The notes beneath the pieces were generated by a model, which saw nothing but the letters and a program-made list of their open reading frames with translations, searched no databases and was not told where the DNA came from. A program made the translations under genes and the position numbers. A stretch of 60,426 nucleotides of DNA, counting the filler, from Asterionella formosa (taxonomy: Eukaryota), in the NCBI GenBank assembly GCA_002256025.1. It is 10 parts of 10 records of this genome, joined end to end, with 100 filler letters (N's around TTAATTAATTAA, not from the genome) between each part and the next. Parts side by side here need not be neighbours in the genome. Positions count along the whole stretch, not along the records: positions 24,242 to 30,193 come from NKIB01012873.1; positions 30,294 to 36,243 come from NKIB01012874.1; positions 36,344 to 42,296 come from NKIB01012875.1; 7 more parts are not named here. One strand, written 5' to 3'. Of the stretch, positions 25,393-38,440 are shown piece after piece (position 1 is the stretch's first letter; each line of letters opens with the position of its first letter).

Positions 25393-25961
25393 TTAAGTAA
25401 GTTCTTGCAGGGAGATGCTCCGAAAGCATCATGTTTTGAGTCGGTGATTATATTCTTATCAAATTTGTTTGAATAAAAAAGCTAACGTAATCATGACACA
25501 CCAGCTGGTCTAACAGAATATAACTTCCAGACTATGGATATTGATGACTCTATTAGGTGGGTGTTGACGCTTTATCGTTTTGCGCAGTTCTTGCGCAGTC
25601 AAAGGACATTGACAGGGGAAGCCATGGATACCAAGCAAGTCTGGTGTGATGTTCTTGCTCCGGTGTATTTTATAGGCAGGACAAGCAAGCCGTGGAGAAC
25701 CATTTTTAACAGGAGACAAATCTGGTGTGACCAAGCCAAATTCCAACTCAGTCTTCGGGCACAGTGTGAACTGCAATGTTTTGTTGGTTTGCTGATCAAT
25801 GCCAGTACAGAAGCCTTTTGCTTCTTGGTGCTGAAAGGAAAATTCTGATTATAACAAAAATATTTGGGTTTCAATCCAGATACCCATGAAAGCAGTTCAG
25901 AGAACGATATTCGTCATTCTACCGATTTTGTCGACATTTGTGGGAAACCACTTATTAAAAA
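25393..25961. repeat. Direct repeat copy B (~570 bp)
   Basis: Homologous to 24242-24790. Confidence 0.92.
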
Positions 25962-26619
25962 GAGTGTGAGGGAAGAAAGTTCAGTTTCAAATGGTCTCAC
26001 TGATCAATGGACTGATGATGTTGATTTACTCGTTTATTATAAGGAAATCTACACTGGACTTTCACAAAAGAATTGATCTGAATATGGAAGGAATCCTAGT
26101 GGAATTGCTACTCCCACCACAAATATCATCTACCCACACTCATACTTCTCATTTTCTAACGTAAGTAAAGAGGATATGCATCAATTTGTTGAATCACTTC
26201 AACCAAATGTTCCTTAAAAGAATATTGATTATAATGACCGCATTAATCAACAGGACATTGATGACGATGTTGATTTTGAATGGATCTAATAGAATCCAAT
26301 GCATACTTAGTAGTTACATAATAATTATAGTTAGTGTGAGACTTCTACAAGAAATGCAAGCCATATCATAGATGATAGAAAAACATTGATTCTGCTCTAT
26401 ACTACTATTACTATTAGTGACGCCTGTATTACATGTAGCGGTATACTCCATTTTTTCTACTATGGTGGAGTGATAATTTCACGACTCTGTATTTTCCAGC
26501 AAAGCATGTTCGAAGTGCCGCTCAATTGATTATTATATATTAATTCATTTTCATTCTATCCTTTTCATTTCCTGACTTGGTCATCATTTGCAATTTGCAA
26601 TGTCTTTGCGCACATTGCA

Positions 26620-27930
26620 ATAGTGTTATCTGTGTAACTACAAATTTCGGAAGAACAAATCCCCATCTGAGTCTCACAATCGAAATTGTAGCAATCGTGT
26701 TTTTCATGCATATGGTCACTGTCGACATTGCATGCAGGAACATTGAATTCCTGAAATACATAGTGAAACTATGTATTGCGGTAGTGCATCTAATCATTCA
26801 AGGTAAGAAGTTAATGATGGCAGTGTAACTGCTGCAGCATTTAGGGAGATTAGACAAGAAGAGATTATGTGTCCTATCCTTGAATCAAGTGACCACAATC
26901 ATCCACTTCTTGACGACAGCAACGATTCAGTTTATAACAATATTCAGTCACAACAGAAAGAACAATTGAGACTAAAAACTCTCAAAAGGTTGAATTCAGA
27001 AACCATGCAATATTCAGATTTTCAAAATCACAACGGCTTTCTCCCTGAAAATGCAATGGAAATGCCCCTTCCTCCTCAATTTCAACTTCCAAGTAAACAT
27101 TCTCTAAGCATGCGCGCATCCAATTGAATTAGAACTCATGTTATTCCTCAACGAGAATTATCTTCCACCAGTTTACTTTGATCATCTAATGAAATGGCTG
27201 TTCAAGGCAAAAACAATGAAATATTTTGATGGAAGGTAGTCTATCAAGCTCCATCCTACCAGACTTTGAAAAAACGCATGGATGTGCATTTAATTTCCAC
27301 CAACATAAGCTGGTTGTCAACTGTTGACCAAACAAATAAAGATTGATAACAATTCAAATATGATCATCCCACGCACACTCCATTATTTCGAACCAGTACA
27401 GCTCATGGCAGGCAGGAGTGCTACGTGATTCCGATATCATGCAACATTTTGTATGTCAACCACAAGTGAAACTTACAACTTGTGGAGATCATATGCATAT
27501 ATGACGAAGTAACTTCTGCGACTTGGTTTGAAAATGCATTCAACAATTCTTCTGCATCAGAAAATGGAGTGTTGAGGACAGGGTGTTTATTTGTTGCCCT
27601 AGCAGTTTTCAGTGATGGTATGGTTCACCTATTGATAAACAAATGAAACATTCCAAGCACAATGTTAAACTTAACGTTAGAAGGAAGGAAAAAAGTTGAT
27701 GGATGGCAATTAGTATCTCTTTTGCCAGAAATTGAAGTCAGTGATCTGGAGAAACAAATGAATAATAAGTTACCTGGTGATGAATTGTCCTTGTGTACCT
27801 GCTAGATTCAAATTTTATCATTCTGTTACAGGATTCTTTCTATTGTCGCCTTTCGAAGAGCGATCCAAACAAGTCATACGATATTTGGGTTCATGCTCTT
27901 GGTATATGGAATTCTTGTGGAAGATATACT
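26620..27930 (+). mobile_element. Decayed Plavaka-like transposase (N-terminal half)
   Basis: Zn-finger-like CYLCNYKF..H...C, LELMLFLNENYLPPVYFDHLMKW, YDEVTSATWFENA...LFVALAVFSDG...MLNLTLEGRKKVDGWQLVSLLP...RFKFYHSV; stops and frameshifts. Confidence 0.6.
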
Positions 27931-29098
27931 AAATCGGTGCATAACAAATTCCAATTCTTTTCTGTATCCGGGGATGATGCAGTACTTATGGGCAAGGTGA
28001 AATAATTGATCATAATGTTCATCCAAACTTGCATCTTTTCCTGGATCACGGACTTGACATAATCCATCATTTATAGCAAAAAGATAATGCACAAAATGAT
28101 TGTTTTCCTCCTCATCTGATCTTTTGCAATACACAATTAGCACATAGTTACTTTCGTGATGAAGTGGATGACAATCACCTTGGTATAAATATGGATTGTT
28201 ATAACCTTTTTCTGGGTTCTCATCCAGATCAAATATAGTATAACCTTTACATCACTTGGATGAAGTTCATGAATTAAATAATGGATCATAGAGCAAGGTA
28301 ATTGTTTCAAGGTCCCAATATGCAAGATCTTTAAAATCTGAAGATGATTTTTTGATACCTTTGACTCCATAAAATACAGAAGCGTAATTGCATATATCTT
28401 GCGGGGTACGAGTGTACAACTCTTTCCACAATTTTAGTTGTCCATGCGATTTCATCGATTTCGGTAAACTCAAGGAAAATGCCTTTTGCTTTGGCATAAT
28501 CACTTTACGCATTTCACATGCCATCTCTTCACAAAAGTAGCTAGCTGCCTTCTGGATTGTTTTCAATGATTTTACAAAGAAATTCTTTTTCTTCCATGTA
28601 TGATTTGGAAAACATGTCCATTTTGTGTTTCTGACTTCGTTCCCTAATCAGAGCATCAACTGCCTTAGCCAGCATGACATCTCTGTCTGCATTGATCTTC
28701 TTGAATTTGAGGTCTTGATCTAGCTCAGACTTTTTCTTGAATATCTGTTCTTTTAGAAATGCAATAGTTTTTCTGCTTTCATGATGTTCATGTTGATGTT
28801 CTGGACAGATAGTGAAATATGTTTCTTCTTTTTGCAACTTTTCAACCATTTCTACTTCTGAAGTGTTGTCTGCCACATTTCCGCCGATATTTTCATTCAT
28901 CGCATGAATTTGTTCATCAAATGAATGAGAATCACTGAGTTCTTCTTCATTATCAGCGATTTCGGGAGAATGAGGAGCTAAATACGACACTGGATGGTGG
29001 AACTGTGACTCTCTACGAATAGAGTCTCCATCCACGAAGACCATTTGTTTGGGTTTCCTGTTCAAAAGCAATCTTTCCTTCTTTTCAATCTCAGCCAC
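27874..29098 (-). pseudogene. Fragmented hypothetical protein, probably transposon-associated
   Basis: Consecutive protein-like ORFs 28541-29098, 28267-28566 and 27874-28143 on one strand; no family recognised. Confidence 0.45.
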
Positions 29099-30720
29099 TA
29101 TTGTATCGGCTTACTTGCTTCATTATTTTTTCTGGAGTATTATAAATCTGTTCAAATTCATTTTATCTTTGAGTGTATTCAAATGAGCAAATTTTCGATT
29201 GATTTCATAAGTTTCTTCATCTTCTTTTCCGAAAACATAAAGTCCTGTAGTGTAAACAATGGAAGTAAGTCTCGTTTCTTGTTTGACTAATCCTTTCCAT
29301 TATATCCGTGAAATGCCATTTGTAAAGTTGTCAAAGGGCCAGAAGACTATGATGTAAACCAGTGAAAGGGAAACGCGGAGCTTTTCGCGGAGCTTATCGC
29401 GGCGCCTGTGGAGGTGGAACTGGTGTGATGGTAACCGAGTGTAGTAATTGTTGAACAGAACACAGTGTAATATGCATGTTCCGCCAGCGTAGTGTTTACA
29501 CAATACACATGCTGGCATATACCGGTATATAGCTAAAACAAGGAAAGACGACACGACAATGAACGTGATGTCTGGTTGTTGAGGATACCGGTATGTGATA
29601 TGCATCAATCCATATCACAAATCATATTATAGTGATGTACATATCAACGCATCTGTATACTTAGATCCTATCCACTGTATAATACTATCATATTAAGTGT
29701 TGACTTCGACTGTATACATTAAACGACAAACATATATATTAATTAACATACTTTATGATTGCTTGATTTATTTTCTATGATGTCTTGGTAACACTTGCGT
29801 ACATATTTTATCGTATTTTATTGTCATTGTATTATTTTAACATGATCATATTTGATCAAAATTATATCATATACATTTTAAGAAATCATCACAGTTCTAT
29901 GATCAATGTATCATACTAGCTATGTGATGTACTTTATTCAATATTATGTATCATACTTTGGTGATGTATGTATCGATGTAACCCTATCATGATATCACAT
30001 TGTGCTATGGGTTTTATTATTATATCTCGCAATATAGTAGCTAACAAGTCACTCCACCTGTAATGTACAAAAGTCGACAGTGCACATACTCACACACTAA
30101 TCAAAACAAGTCAACAGTGTGTGTGTACGCACACGCCAAGCAGGTTTGAGGCAACGGACAATTCCAACAAGCAAATGACGATACAGATATCAANNNNNNN
30201 NNNNNNNNNNNNNNNNNNNNNNNNNNNNNNNNNNNNNTTAATTAATTAANNNNNNNNNNNNNNNNNNNNNNNNNNNNNNNNNNNNNNNNNNNNTGCTTAG
30301 GTAGTAAAATTTTTAGAACAACAATTAAACTACAAAAGGAGTGAGCCTAATCTTATTATATTTTCATCGTCGATTAATCTCAAGTTATTCTTCCTGATAT
30401 TATTCGGAAATGATGGCATTATTCTTGGTGAAGTTCACCACCCCAAAGATCGTCGTTAGTACCCTAAACGAAATCCATTATCCCCTTGGGGGATGCGTTG
30501 CTATACATAAAAGATCTCAATATTGCATGGTCTATCTCCGCATTTAGATCCGTTCAACCGTCTTCAGTTCCACGATACCGGGAAATGGGAAAGGGACGAC
30601 ATGAGAACAAGAACGCAATTTTTTTGACAAACATATTAAACTTACTCGTAAAGAATTGATGCTGCCTTTTCGGGCATTTCTCGATATGGATACAAAAAAC
30701 CCAAATTACCCAATATAGTT

Positions 30721-31062
30721 TCAGCTCAAAACATGAGAGGTCCCACTGGAGGGCGCATGGTAAATAGAATTACGCTGAATATCTAATGCAGCCTGAAAGG
30801 CACGACGAGCACGACGGGCATTACGGGCGTCACAGAGCTCATTAAACTCAACGTGAACGCATCCAATGTTGTTGTACACTCGAGCAAGCAAAGGATGCAG
30901 AGCACCGAGCGCTCTCTTTGGTGTCGACAAAGCATCACGAAATGCATGCAGCATTTGATCAAATTCGTGCTGTAACAGTAACGAAATACCCACTCCTGTG
31001 AGAATATCGGGTTTTCCGGGGTGTCTATTTTGAAATTCGAAGTGATAGCAAGATGCCTCCAA
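30721..31062 (-). pseudogene. TPR (kinesin-light-chain type) gene fragment
   Basis: LGALHPLLARVYNNIGCVHVEFNE...AFQAALDIQR and HPGKPDILTGVGISLL; no clear start; small internal duplication ARNARRARR. Confidence 0.7.
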
Positions 31063-31553
31063 GAAGACCTCAGGCAGTTGGGTTTTTGAGTTGCTGTGGT
31101 GGTGGGAGTTAAGCTTGGCGAAAGGTCTCCGTCAACTCTTGTAACCAGCCAAGTGTGGTTAGATCTTCTATGATTCTTTTGCTGCTTTATGAAAGGCTAC
31201 TACATCCAGGTATGGATGTGATGGGTTGTGTGGTAGCAATGGTTGAGTCTGCTCTGAGCAAGGATTCTTGATCAGTTTTGTGTTTCTATTCTTTCAACAG
31301 ATTGCTCACAATAACATATTAGAATATTTTCCATTTAAGATTGTCTTGTGTGATATCCAAAACTACATTCATCTCTACTGATATTTGTCGGTTTCCCTCA
31401 CACTTCCCCTGTGTAACCAGACTTTAAGTCTCCAGACATATGTCAAACATTTCCCGACAGTCCCTACAACTTCGAGGAAGTTCTCCCGATCAAAACCTAT
31501 CCCCAGCACTCGCCAACCTAGATCCTGTGGACTAAACTCCAGCAAAGGGATGA

Positions 31554-31614
31554 GGAGAATGCAGGAATCGAACCCGCCACCACAGTGGGTGTGCTAACCA
31601 CTCAGGCATTCCCC
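31554..31614 (-). pseudogene. tRNA-like sequence lacking a normal anticodon arm (tRNA pseudogene or SINE head)
   Basis: Minus strand reads GGGGAAT-GCCTGAGTGGTTAG-CACACCCACTGTGGTG-GCGGGTTCGATTCCTGC-ATTCTCC: 7-bp acceptor stem, A-box-like and B-box motifs, intact T arm, only 61 nt. Confidence 0.7.
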
Positions 31615-33439
31615 TGTTGCTGTCACATTTTCTACTGCCCTTGCCAGCATTATAGCTTGTTGAAGCGGAAGTTATGTAATGACAACTAATTCCTAAAGTG
31701 TATTTATTAGAAATTGTGAGCTATGTATTATAAACTGGAAGTGGTAGTATATTTGATTCAAAACCAAATACATATATCTGACTTAGAAATCATCTTATGA
31801 TATCCCATGGTAATGATTCTATAACCAGCAATAATATAGTAATCATAAGTACACCACTCATACTTTCGTTACTGTACCCATCCCTCTTGCTCTAACAAAA
31901 ATAATAATAATAGGAGATAGGGCAAGGGAATGAGGTAATGGGCAGTACGATGGCATGGCTGCTTCTATTAACGACATTCAATTATCGACATTCATTCAAG
32001 CCACCGAAGTTGAAAACGCATTCTCCCCCTACATTAGTGGAACTTTGCTCATCACATATGTCAGACACTGATGATTGCCTCTACCCTTGTTCCTGTTCTT
32101 CTGTGTTCATATCTATTTACTTTGACTTTACTATAATCACTCTTTTTAACATTCCCCCTTACAAACTCCTATTGAGCTTGTCAGGTTCGTTAATTGACTC
32201 ACCCTACTCTGCTCCTCCTCACCCTACTCTCCTCCTCGTCCTTCATCCTCATCGTCGTTCGCTATCCTATCCTTTTTCATAACAGGTTTTGAGCTCAAAC
32301 TGTTTCCTTGAAGGAAACGACATTGTTGATTTTCAATTCGATTTCACCATTGGCGCTGACCACAAAATCGCATTCATATTCACTTGATTTTACATCGTTC
32401 ATTTGTCCGCTACATCTGTCCAGATATATACTACTACACTACACAGCAGTAGTAGACAATTGTATTGAGAGAAAGAGAGTTATTTGGTATTCTAAGGTTG
32501 CCTTCCTTTCATTCTTCGCAACACATCGGCATTTTGTATTTGTTTTCGTCGCAAATCCTTCTCATTCTTGAGCATATTTTTGCTGCGTCGATCGTCATAC
32601 GTAAACCTGTGTACGATATCTGGTAGATATTTCGTCACAATTGGTTCATTCTCGTTGAACCAGATCTTCGTGCAAGGATCTATTATCCGTTCCACCACAC
32701 ATCCGTCATTCTTCGTACTCTTTGTACTAGTAAACACACTACTATTTTGGCTTACTACAACATAGCACACTTACGTTGCTAATCCTCCTGAGCGTTGTCT
32801 GGCTCACGTGTGCACCTGAAGCTCCACCGGCGATCATCCTGCTTGCTTGTTCGTTTTCTCTGCTTTATCATTGTTCACGTTAGAGCAAAAATTGTGCTCA
32901 AGAAAACGATAACTTCGCTGGAATCAGCCTCCTTGCTATCTGTGTACACAGTCCACGTTCGCTAGTACATATTTAGGCCAGCCCTCCCCGCTCGTCGGTA
33001 CCTGTTTAGACCGGGCTGTCTAATATTTAAAATCAACATATTCGTTCGTTTCGTCATATTACATCCTACGCTACAAACTTTGCTTTGCACAAGCGAATCT
33101 TTGCGCTTCTTTTGTGCGTTTCATTCGTCTGCCTGGCGGTCCGATCATAAGTACCGTTGGTCCACATTTAAGTGTCACCAACCGCACCATCGTCCATACT
33201 ATCGTAAGCTGTCACATGGTTCTATTCTTTCAGTTGCTCATATCAGTCAAGTAGCGCCCTGTCTCGGGGAACCAACTTTCATTAGTGTTGAGTCTCATCA
33301 GTTTGATAAAGACCAAACATTTTGGCATCTTCCTCCGATCACTATCAATTCTATTACCACTACCAATCAGGTTGCCATGCCTCACCTTCTCCAGGATCAG
33401 AATCATTTCTCTGGTGTTAAGTCTACTTCATGCATGGCT

Positions 33440-33905
33440 CCGCTTACTCAGGGTTTTGCCGATGCCAACTTTGGTGGTGCTGTTTTTGATTGCCTTGCTT
33501 ACTCTGGCGGAGTTGTTTTGATCAATGGCACTGCAATTATCACGCTATGTCACAAACAAAGTACTACAGCTTACAATACAACTGAGGCTGAATTAGATGC
33601 TGCTACCACATTGTCTAAACATGTTTTATGGCTCCGCATCTATATGGAAGATATGTCTCTGCTATACCACGCCCCAGTCCCCACAGGTGAAGATAATTCT
33701 GCTGCCCAAATTATTGCTCATGCAGGGAATCTTACTCTCAATGTTTGTCATATTGCCAATAAAACGCAGACTCTCCAAGAACATGTCCATCATGCCCATG
33801 AATCCATTTACCGTGTTTCATCTGCTTGCAATCTAGCTGATCACTTCACTAATGCATTACCTTTTGCGACTTTGCGTGCACACTGTCTGACTATGATGGG
33901 ATATG
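33440..33905 (+). mobile_element. Ty1/copia RNase HI domain relic (different family from 1-5367)
   Basis: GFADANFG...YSGGVVLING...KQSTTAYNTTEAEL...LWLR...EDNSAA...NLADHFTNALP. Confidence 0.85.
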
Positions 33906-35187
33906 CTTTTATTAATCATCTTCACTGGGCCCTTGTTCATTCACTTGATTCCTCTCCACCCGTGGTCAGTCATGAACTTGCTCTGCAAACCTTGCTCTTT
34001 TTCTACAGACAATCAATCTGTGAATGGCTGGGCAGGGTTGAACCTTAGGAATAATGAAATTTGTGGTTCTTTGTGTAAGGAAGGCTATCCTGTGTCAGAC
34101 AGGCTATCAATCATTTGTTATTCACATTGTTGAAAGGATTCCTCTGGTGCAAATGGGACAAATACTATATACATGGTAAGCAAGTGCAATGCTTTCTTGC
34201 CTTTTGCTGATATTGTTTGCTGTTTCTCTTGTTGTGGTGGATCTACTCTCCTTTCCTATTCTCCTTTGTCTTTGTTCGGAATTGTTAGCGCATGCATTGC
34301 TTTTTTGTCATGAATTAGAAGACGGGCTTGATTGTGTGCTGCCTTGTTACTTGTTGATCATTTTTTTACTCTGCAAATGCTGTTCTTTGTCTACTGACAA
34401 TCAATCTGTTGAGCGAGGATTTTGCTGGGAATCAGGCGGCATGGTAAGCACAATGAAAACGATGCCTTGTTTGTAAAAATTGTTTGTTCATGAACTCACT
34501 CTGCGACTTTTTTTGACTGATTGCAGACAATCAATTTGATGAGGGCTGGGTTGGCCATTGAGAAACATGGTAAGGAGCACAACAGAACCAAAATCATGGC
34601 TTCGCAACTTTTGTTTACTCATCAACTCGCTCAGCAAATGTTGCCCTTTCTACAACAGACAATCAATCTGAGAAATGAGAATGAGCAACCTGCTCATTTG
34701 CAATGAATTGATCTACCGATAGTAGAAACAGGGACTCCTGCAAGTATGAGTAGCCAAGCCATCTTGCGATTAGCTAGTTACCGCATCCAGCTGCAAGAAT
34801 GAACATCCATTGCGTGTCGTATTGGTTTGAGAATCGCGTAATATGGAAAATATCAAAAAAAATTTATCGCAAAGCAATGAATTTGATTGATTTTGCGATT
34901 GTAAATTAAATTGAAAGATTGAGTGGTTACACATATTTTTTTTGACTAGCATATTTATTTTTTTAACGTTGAGGCATTTATGTGATCCAAATAAAGATAA
35001 AATGGGAGAAGATGAACAAAATTAATTGTAGTCAGAGAGAATAATATTTGTGAAAGGAGATGTCGCAAAATGTCAAGAAAAGTCGCGTATTATAGAGATT
35101 ATTACTGAACAAGTTTTTCTTCGTGTCACCAGAAATATTGTCAGTAGGTAGGAACAAATCATTTGAAGTTTATGTAACTTTTGATTT

Positions 35188-36243
35188 TCATTTGGAAGAA
35201 AAAAATTGGATTGGAAACTGAATAAGTCCAGAATGAGACCTTTTCTGAACAGAGTCAATTATTTCAAGCAATGGAAGTTCCATTGCTTGAAATAAATCAT
35301 TTTCTGTTACATACAAGAACATCAGTGCTTTTTTTAAACCAATCAATGCATCTTGTAAGTTTATAGGAACCATATTGGACACATCACTGATTGCTGTCAT
35401 AATACTGCCTTTATCCAAGGCTCTGTCGTCCTGCTCATCCCCTTCATCAATATATTCAGCAACCAAATTTACAATTACAGATTCAGCTCATTTAATTGCA
35501 TACTATCCACCAATACAATCTTTTACATAATGAACATCCACTTCTCCAAGCCTCTCGATCAGCTTGTCCACTTCATTTTCAGTTTCTTCTGGTACTGATG
35601 GTGCACATTCTTCATTACCTACTTTATCAAACCCACAAACCTTTAAAGCATTTTTGAATTGTTTCAGTCCTAACATTTACCCAAGATGTAGCTATAAATT
35701 TCATTGCATCAATAACCTGCAACTTCTTAGCCACATCTGCTGCATGTTCTCCTATTTCAATAAATTGTAATAACTGCAAAACTTGGTGCTTACTGGAAAG
35801 AGCTATTACAATTCTAATGATTCCAGCATCCAACGGTTGCAACAATCTTGTTAAGGTTGGAGGGTAGAATTGAACCTTTATATGTGTTTTATAGACTTGA
35901 GCTTGTTTCCTCATCATCAATGTGGCTGGACAGGGGCATTTTCTAAGAATAAAAATATCTTTCTGTTCTGAGAAGCCATATATGCATTCAAATCCAATAG
36001 ATACTCATAAAATTGGATTTGTCATCCATTTGTTGCTACTTGACTTGTACACAACTCCAAAGCAGGTCAAATCTATTTTTCGAAAATAGTGAGGACGAGG
36101 CTTTGAGGATTTACCAATTATGAGCGGCTTAAGCTGTTCCCCAGCTGCACTGCATGTCAAAGTCACTGTAAATTGATCCTTTGCTAATTTTTCTCCTTTG
36201 CATGATTTCTATACTTGATTGAGCGTTGAATTGGGGAGAGCAC
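35188..36243 (-). mobile_element. Decayed pogo/Tigger-like (DDE_1, CENP-B-type) transposase, cut by contig end
   Basis: ALPNSTL...KLAKDQFTVTLTCSAAGEQLKPLIIGKSSKPR...KWMT...FLENAP...FYPPTLTRLLQPLDAGII...DAMKFIATSWVNVRTETIQKCF. Confidence 0.88.
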
Positions 36244-36343
36244 NNNNNNNNNNNNNNNNNNNNNNNNNNNNNNNNNNNNNNNNNNNNTTAATTAATTAAN
36301 NNNNNNNNNNNNNNNNNNNNNNNNNNNNNNNNNNNNNNNNNNN

Positions 36344-36414
<71 letters not shown>

Positions 36415-36430
36415 GCACAACAACAACAAG
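36344..36430. repeat. (CAA)n microsatellite
   Basis: More than 20 CAA units at contig start. Confidence 0.97.
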
Positions 36431-36450
36431 AACATAACAACATCTGTCAA

Positions 36451-37844
36451 TTGCCAATCAGCATCCTCGATCATGGCGCAAGCACCCCTTCCAGCCACGA
36501 GAGCTCTTTTTCCCTCTGCATGGCAAAAGGAGTTGCAACGAACTGTTGCTGTTGCTGTTCTGGAAAAATCTTCAGAAAAAAATATATCTACCTTATCATG
36601 GCGATCCATCTGGCTGTGAAAGGAAGCATTGGATACTTGGAGTCTCTGCTGAGAGGAAGGGGTCAGTTCGAAGACCTTTGGAGTAGAGAGGAGCTGGATA
36701 CCAACCTCCCAGCAGAAAGAAATGCAGATCGTGTTTCTGCCTTTGATTTGGTCTTAAAAGATTGCTATTCCCATGATTATCAAAACAGATATGTTGCTGG
36801 CTCTCAATTCACTACAAGATCTCTTGCAGGCACTGGAATGAAAAATATGTCCACTTTAATTACTGGTCGAACTCTTTTGAAGATGGCTCAGCATGCCCTG
36901 CTGAATTGGAAGAAGGCATTAGCATTTGGGTCGCAATTTTTACTCCCTGATGGGACTTTGCCTTCCGGGAACAATTTTGAAGACTATGACAACCATGTAT
37001 TAAACCATATGTTTCGATATCTGAAGGGTCGAACCAGCTACAGCGACCCAGCTAATGATGAGGATGATGATGAGAAGGAGGAGGAGGAGGAAATCTTGGG
37101 TGCTGCTGTGGCATTGAATGATGATGTTGGGATGCCTGTGGATTATTATTTTCATGGCTGGATTGGATTCAAATTGTTTGGACCATTTGCTAGAGATGAT
37201 TTCAAGTCATTCTCTTGCTACTAACAAAGGATTGTGTCTTTGATAATGGCAAGAAAGAATCAGCAGGCCGTGCATCAGCTAGAAAATTGGTTGCAGAGGA
37301 ACAAAGTTTCAGTCGTTCTTCTGATATGTCAATTGATTGCTCCATTGGAAGCAGAGACCAGGACGCATCAGTAGAAGCAGCAAAACTGGCTTTATCAGAA
37401 GATTTGATTAACAATTCAATTTTGGGAAATGCATTGTTTGGTCTGAGTCAATCTGCTGCATGCACTCGTAATCGGATGAAAGGTCTTCTGCAACAACAGG
37501 CTAGATACCCATTGGAACATATAATGTTTGCAAACATCCAAACCAACCTTGATATTTTAGATGGAAAACTGGAATCTATTACAAATCAGATTGACAGTCT
37601 GTCTTCTCAGAGAACCAGAATAATTGAAAACATTGTGGATGAGTATTACTCAAAGAAGAGTAGATTCATGTCATCATCAAGTCCATTGTCAGATGATATT
37701 CCCGGCTCAAGCCCCTTCTCACCTGTGAATGACTTGGGTATATTAGTAAGTATGACTACTAAAAATCAGCAGCTAGGTGAAATTATCTCGCCTGTTGCAA
37801 GGCGAGATCCAAGTGGTAATTTGGATGACTTCGTCTATGAATGA
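36451..37844 (+). pseudogene. Frameshifted hypothetical protein, candidate accessory ORF of the neighbouring Harbinger-like element
   Basis: Overlapping ORFs 36451-37224 and 37215-37844; GTLPSG...acidic tract...DYYFHGWIGFKLFGP, then a coiled-coil-like tail. Confidence 0.5.
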
Positions 37845-38059
37845 AAAATGCGTTAGGCCTTCTAACACTTTTGCTTAATTGTCAACTACCCCACTAAATA
37901 AATACACATGGAATACAGCATTATAAAAAATCAATTACATAAATTGTGAGTTTAGATTATAAATTAGACCACCCTGTTCCGTCATGTCGCAATAAGAATG
38001 ACGAAAATTTCTGGTTACGGCCACATATTGATCCATCAGTGTGTATGTTGTTATCTTGT

Positions 38060-38440
38060 CTTTCAGTTCAGCGACAGTGTGTCCATTTCTTTGCTTTATA
38101 GCTGGCGATAAATAGAAATGAATCCATAGAGCACCATTTCTTTACTATTATCCCAAGCTATTCCATGGACTATATCTCCACGCATGAGAAAGATGAATTT
38201 GAATGGCATGGACAAATGTATTGCACGTTTCTCATCCGCACAGTTATCCCATACATTTAAGCAGTTCCCTCCTAAGCAAAGACAACGACATTATCATTCC
38301 CCACCAAGGCATTGGAGTTTCCCTTTCGAATTCTGTTGTTGTATAATCTTGGTGTGGTTTCTGAGGTTTTGGGTAGCCATTCTTTCCAGATTTGGTGAAC
38401 AACATAGTGGCAGTGTGTGGTATAACTCTGTCGCTATTGC
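38060..38440 (-). pseudogene. Decayed 2-oxoglutarate/Fe(II) dioxygenase-like domain
   Basis: Hand translation across two frameshifts: MLFTKSG..PQKPHQDY..PWWGMIMSL / GGNCLNVW..AIHLSMPFKFIFLMRGDIVHG / NGALWIHFYL, i.e. HxD...H triad plus terminal strand. Confidence 0.6.

Noticed and set aside
31554..31614. Functional tRNA gene
   Set aside because: Only 61 nt and no 5-bp stem/7-nt loop anticodon arm
32461..32762. Possible LTR (TGT...ACA) upstream of the copia RNase H relic
   Set aside because: No second copy, TSD or recognisable PBS in the window
33080..34048. Intact 322-aa gene
   Set aside because: TTG start; only the central part is copia RNase H, with decayed motifs; no RT upstream
36292..36609. 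Poly-Leu membrane protein ORF
   Set aside because: Antisense reading of the (CAA)n microsatellite running into the linker
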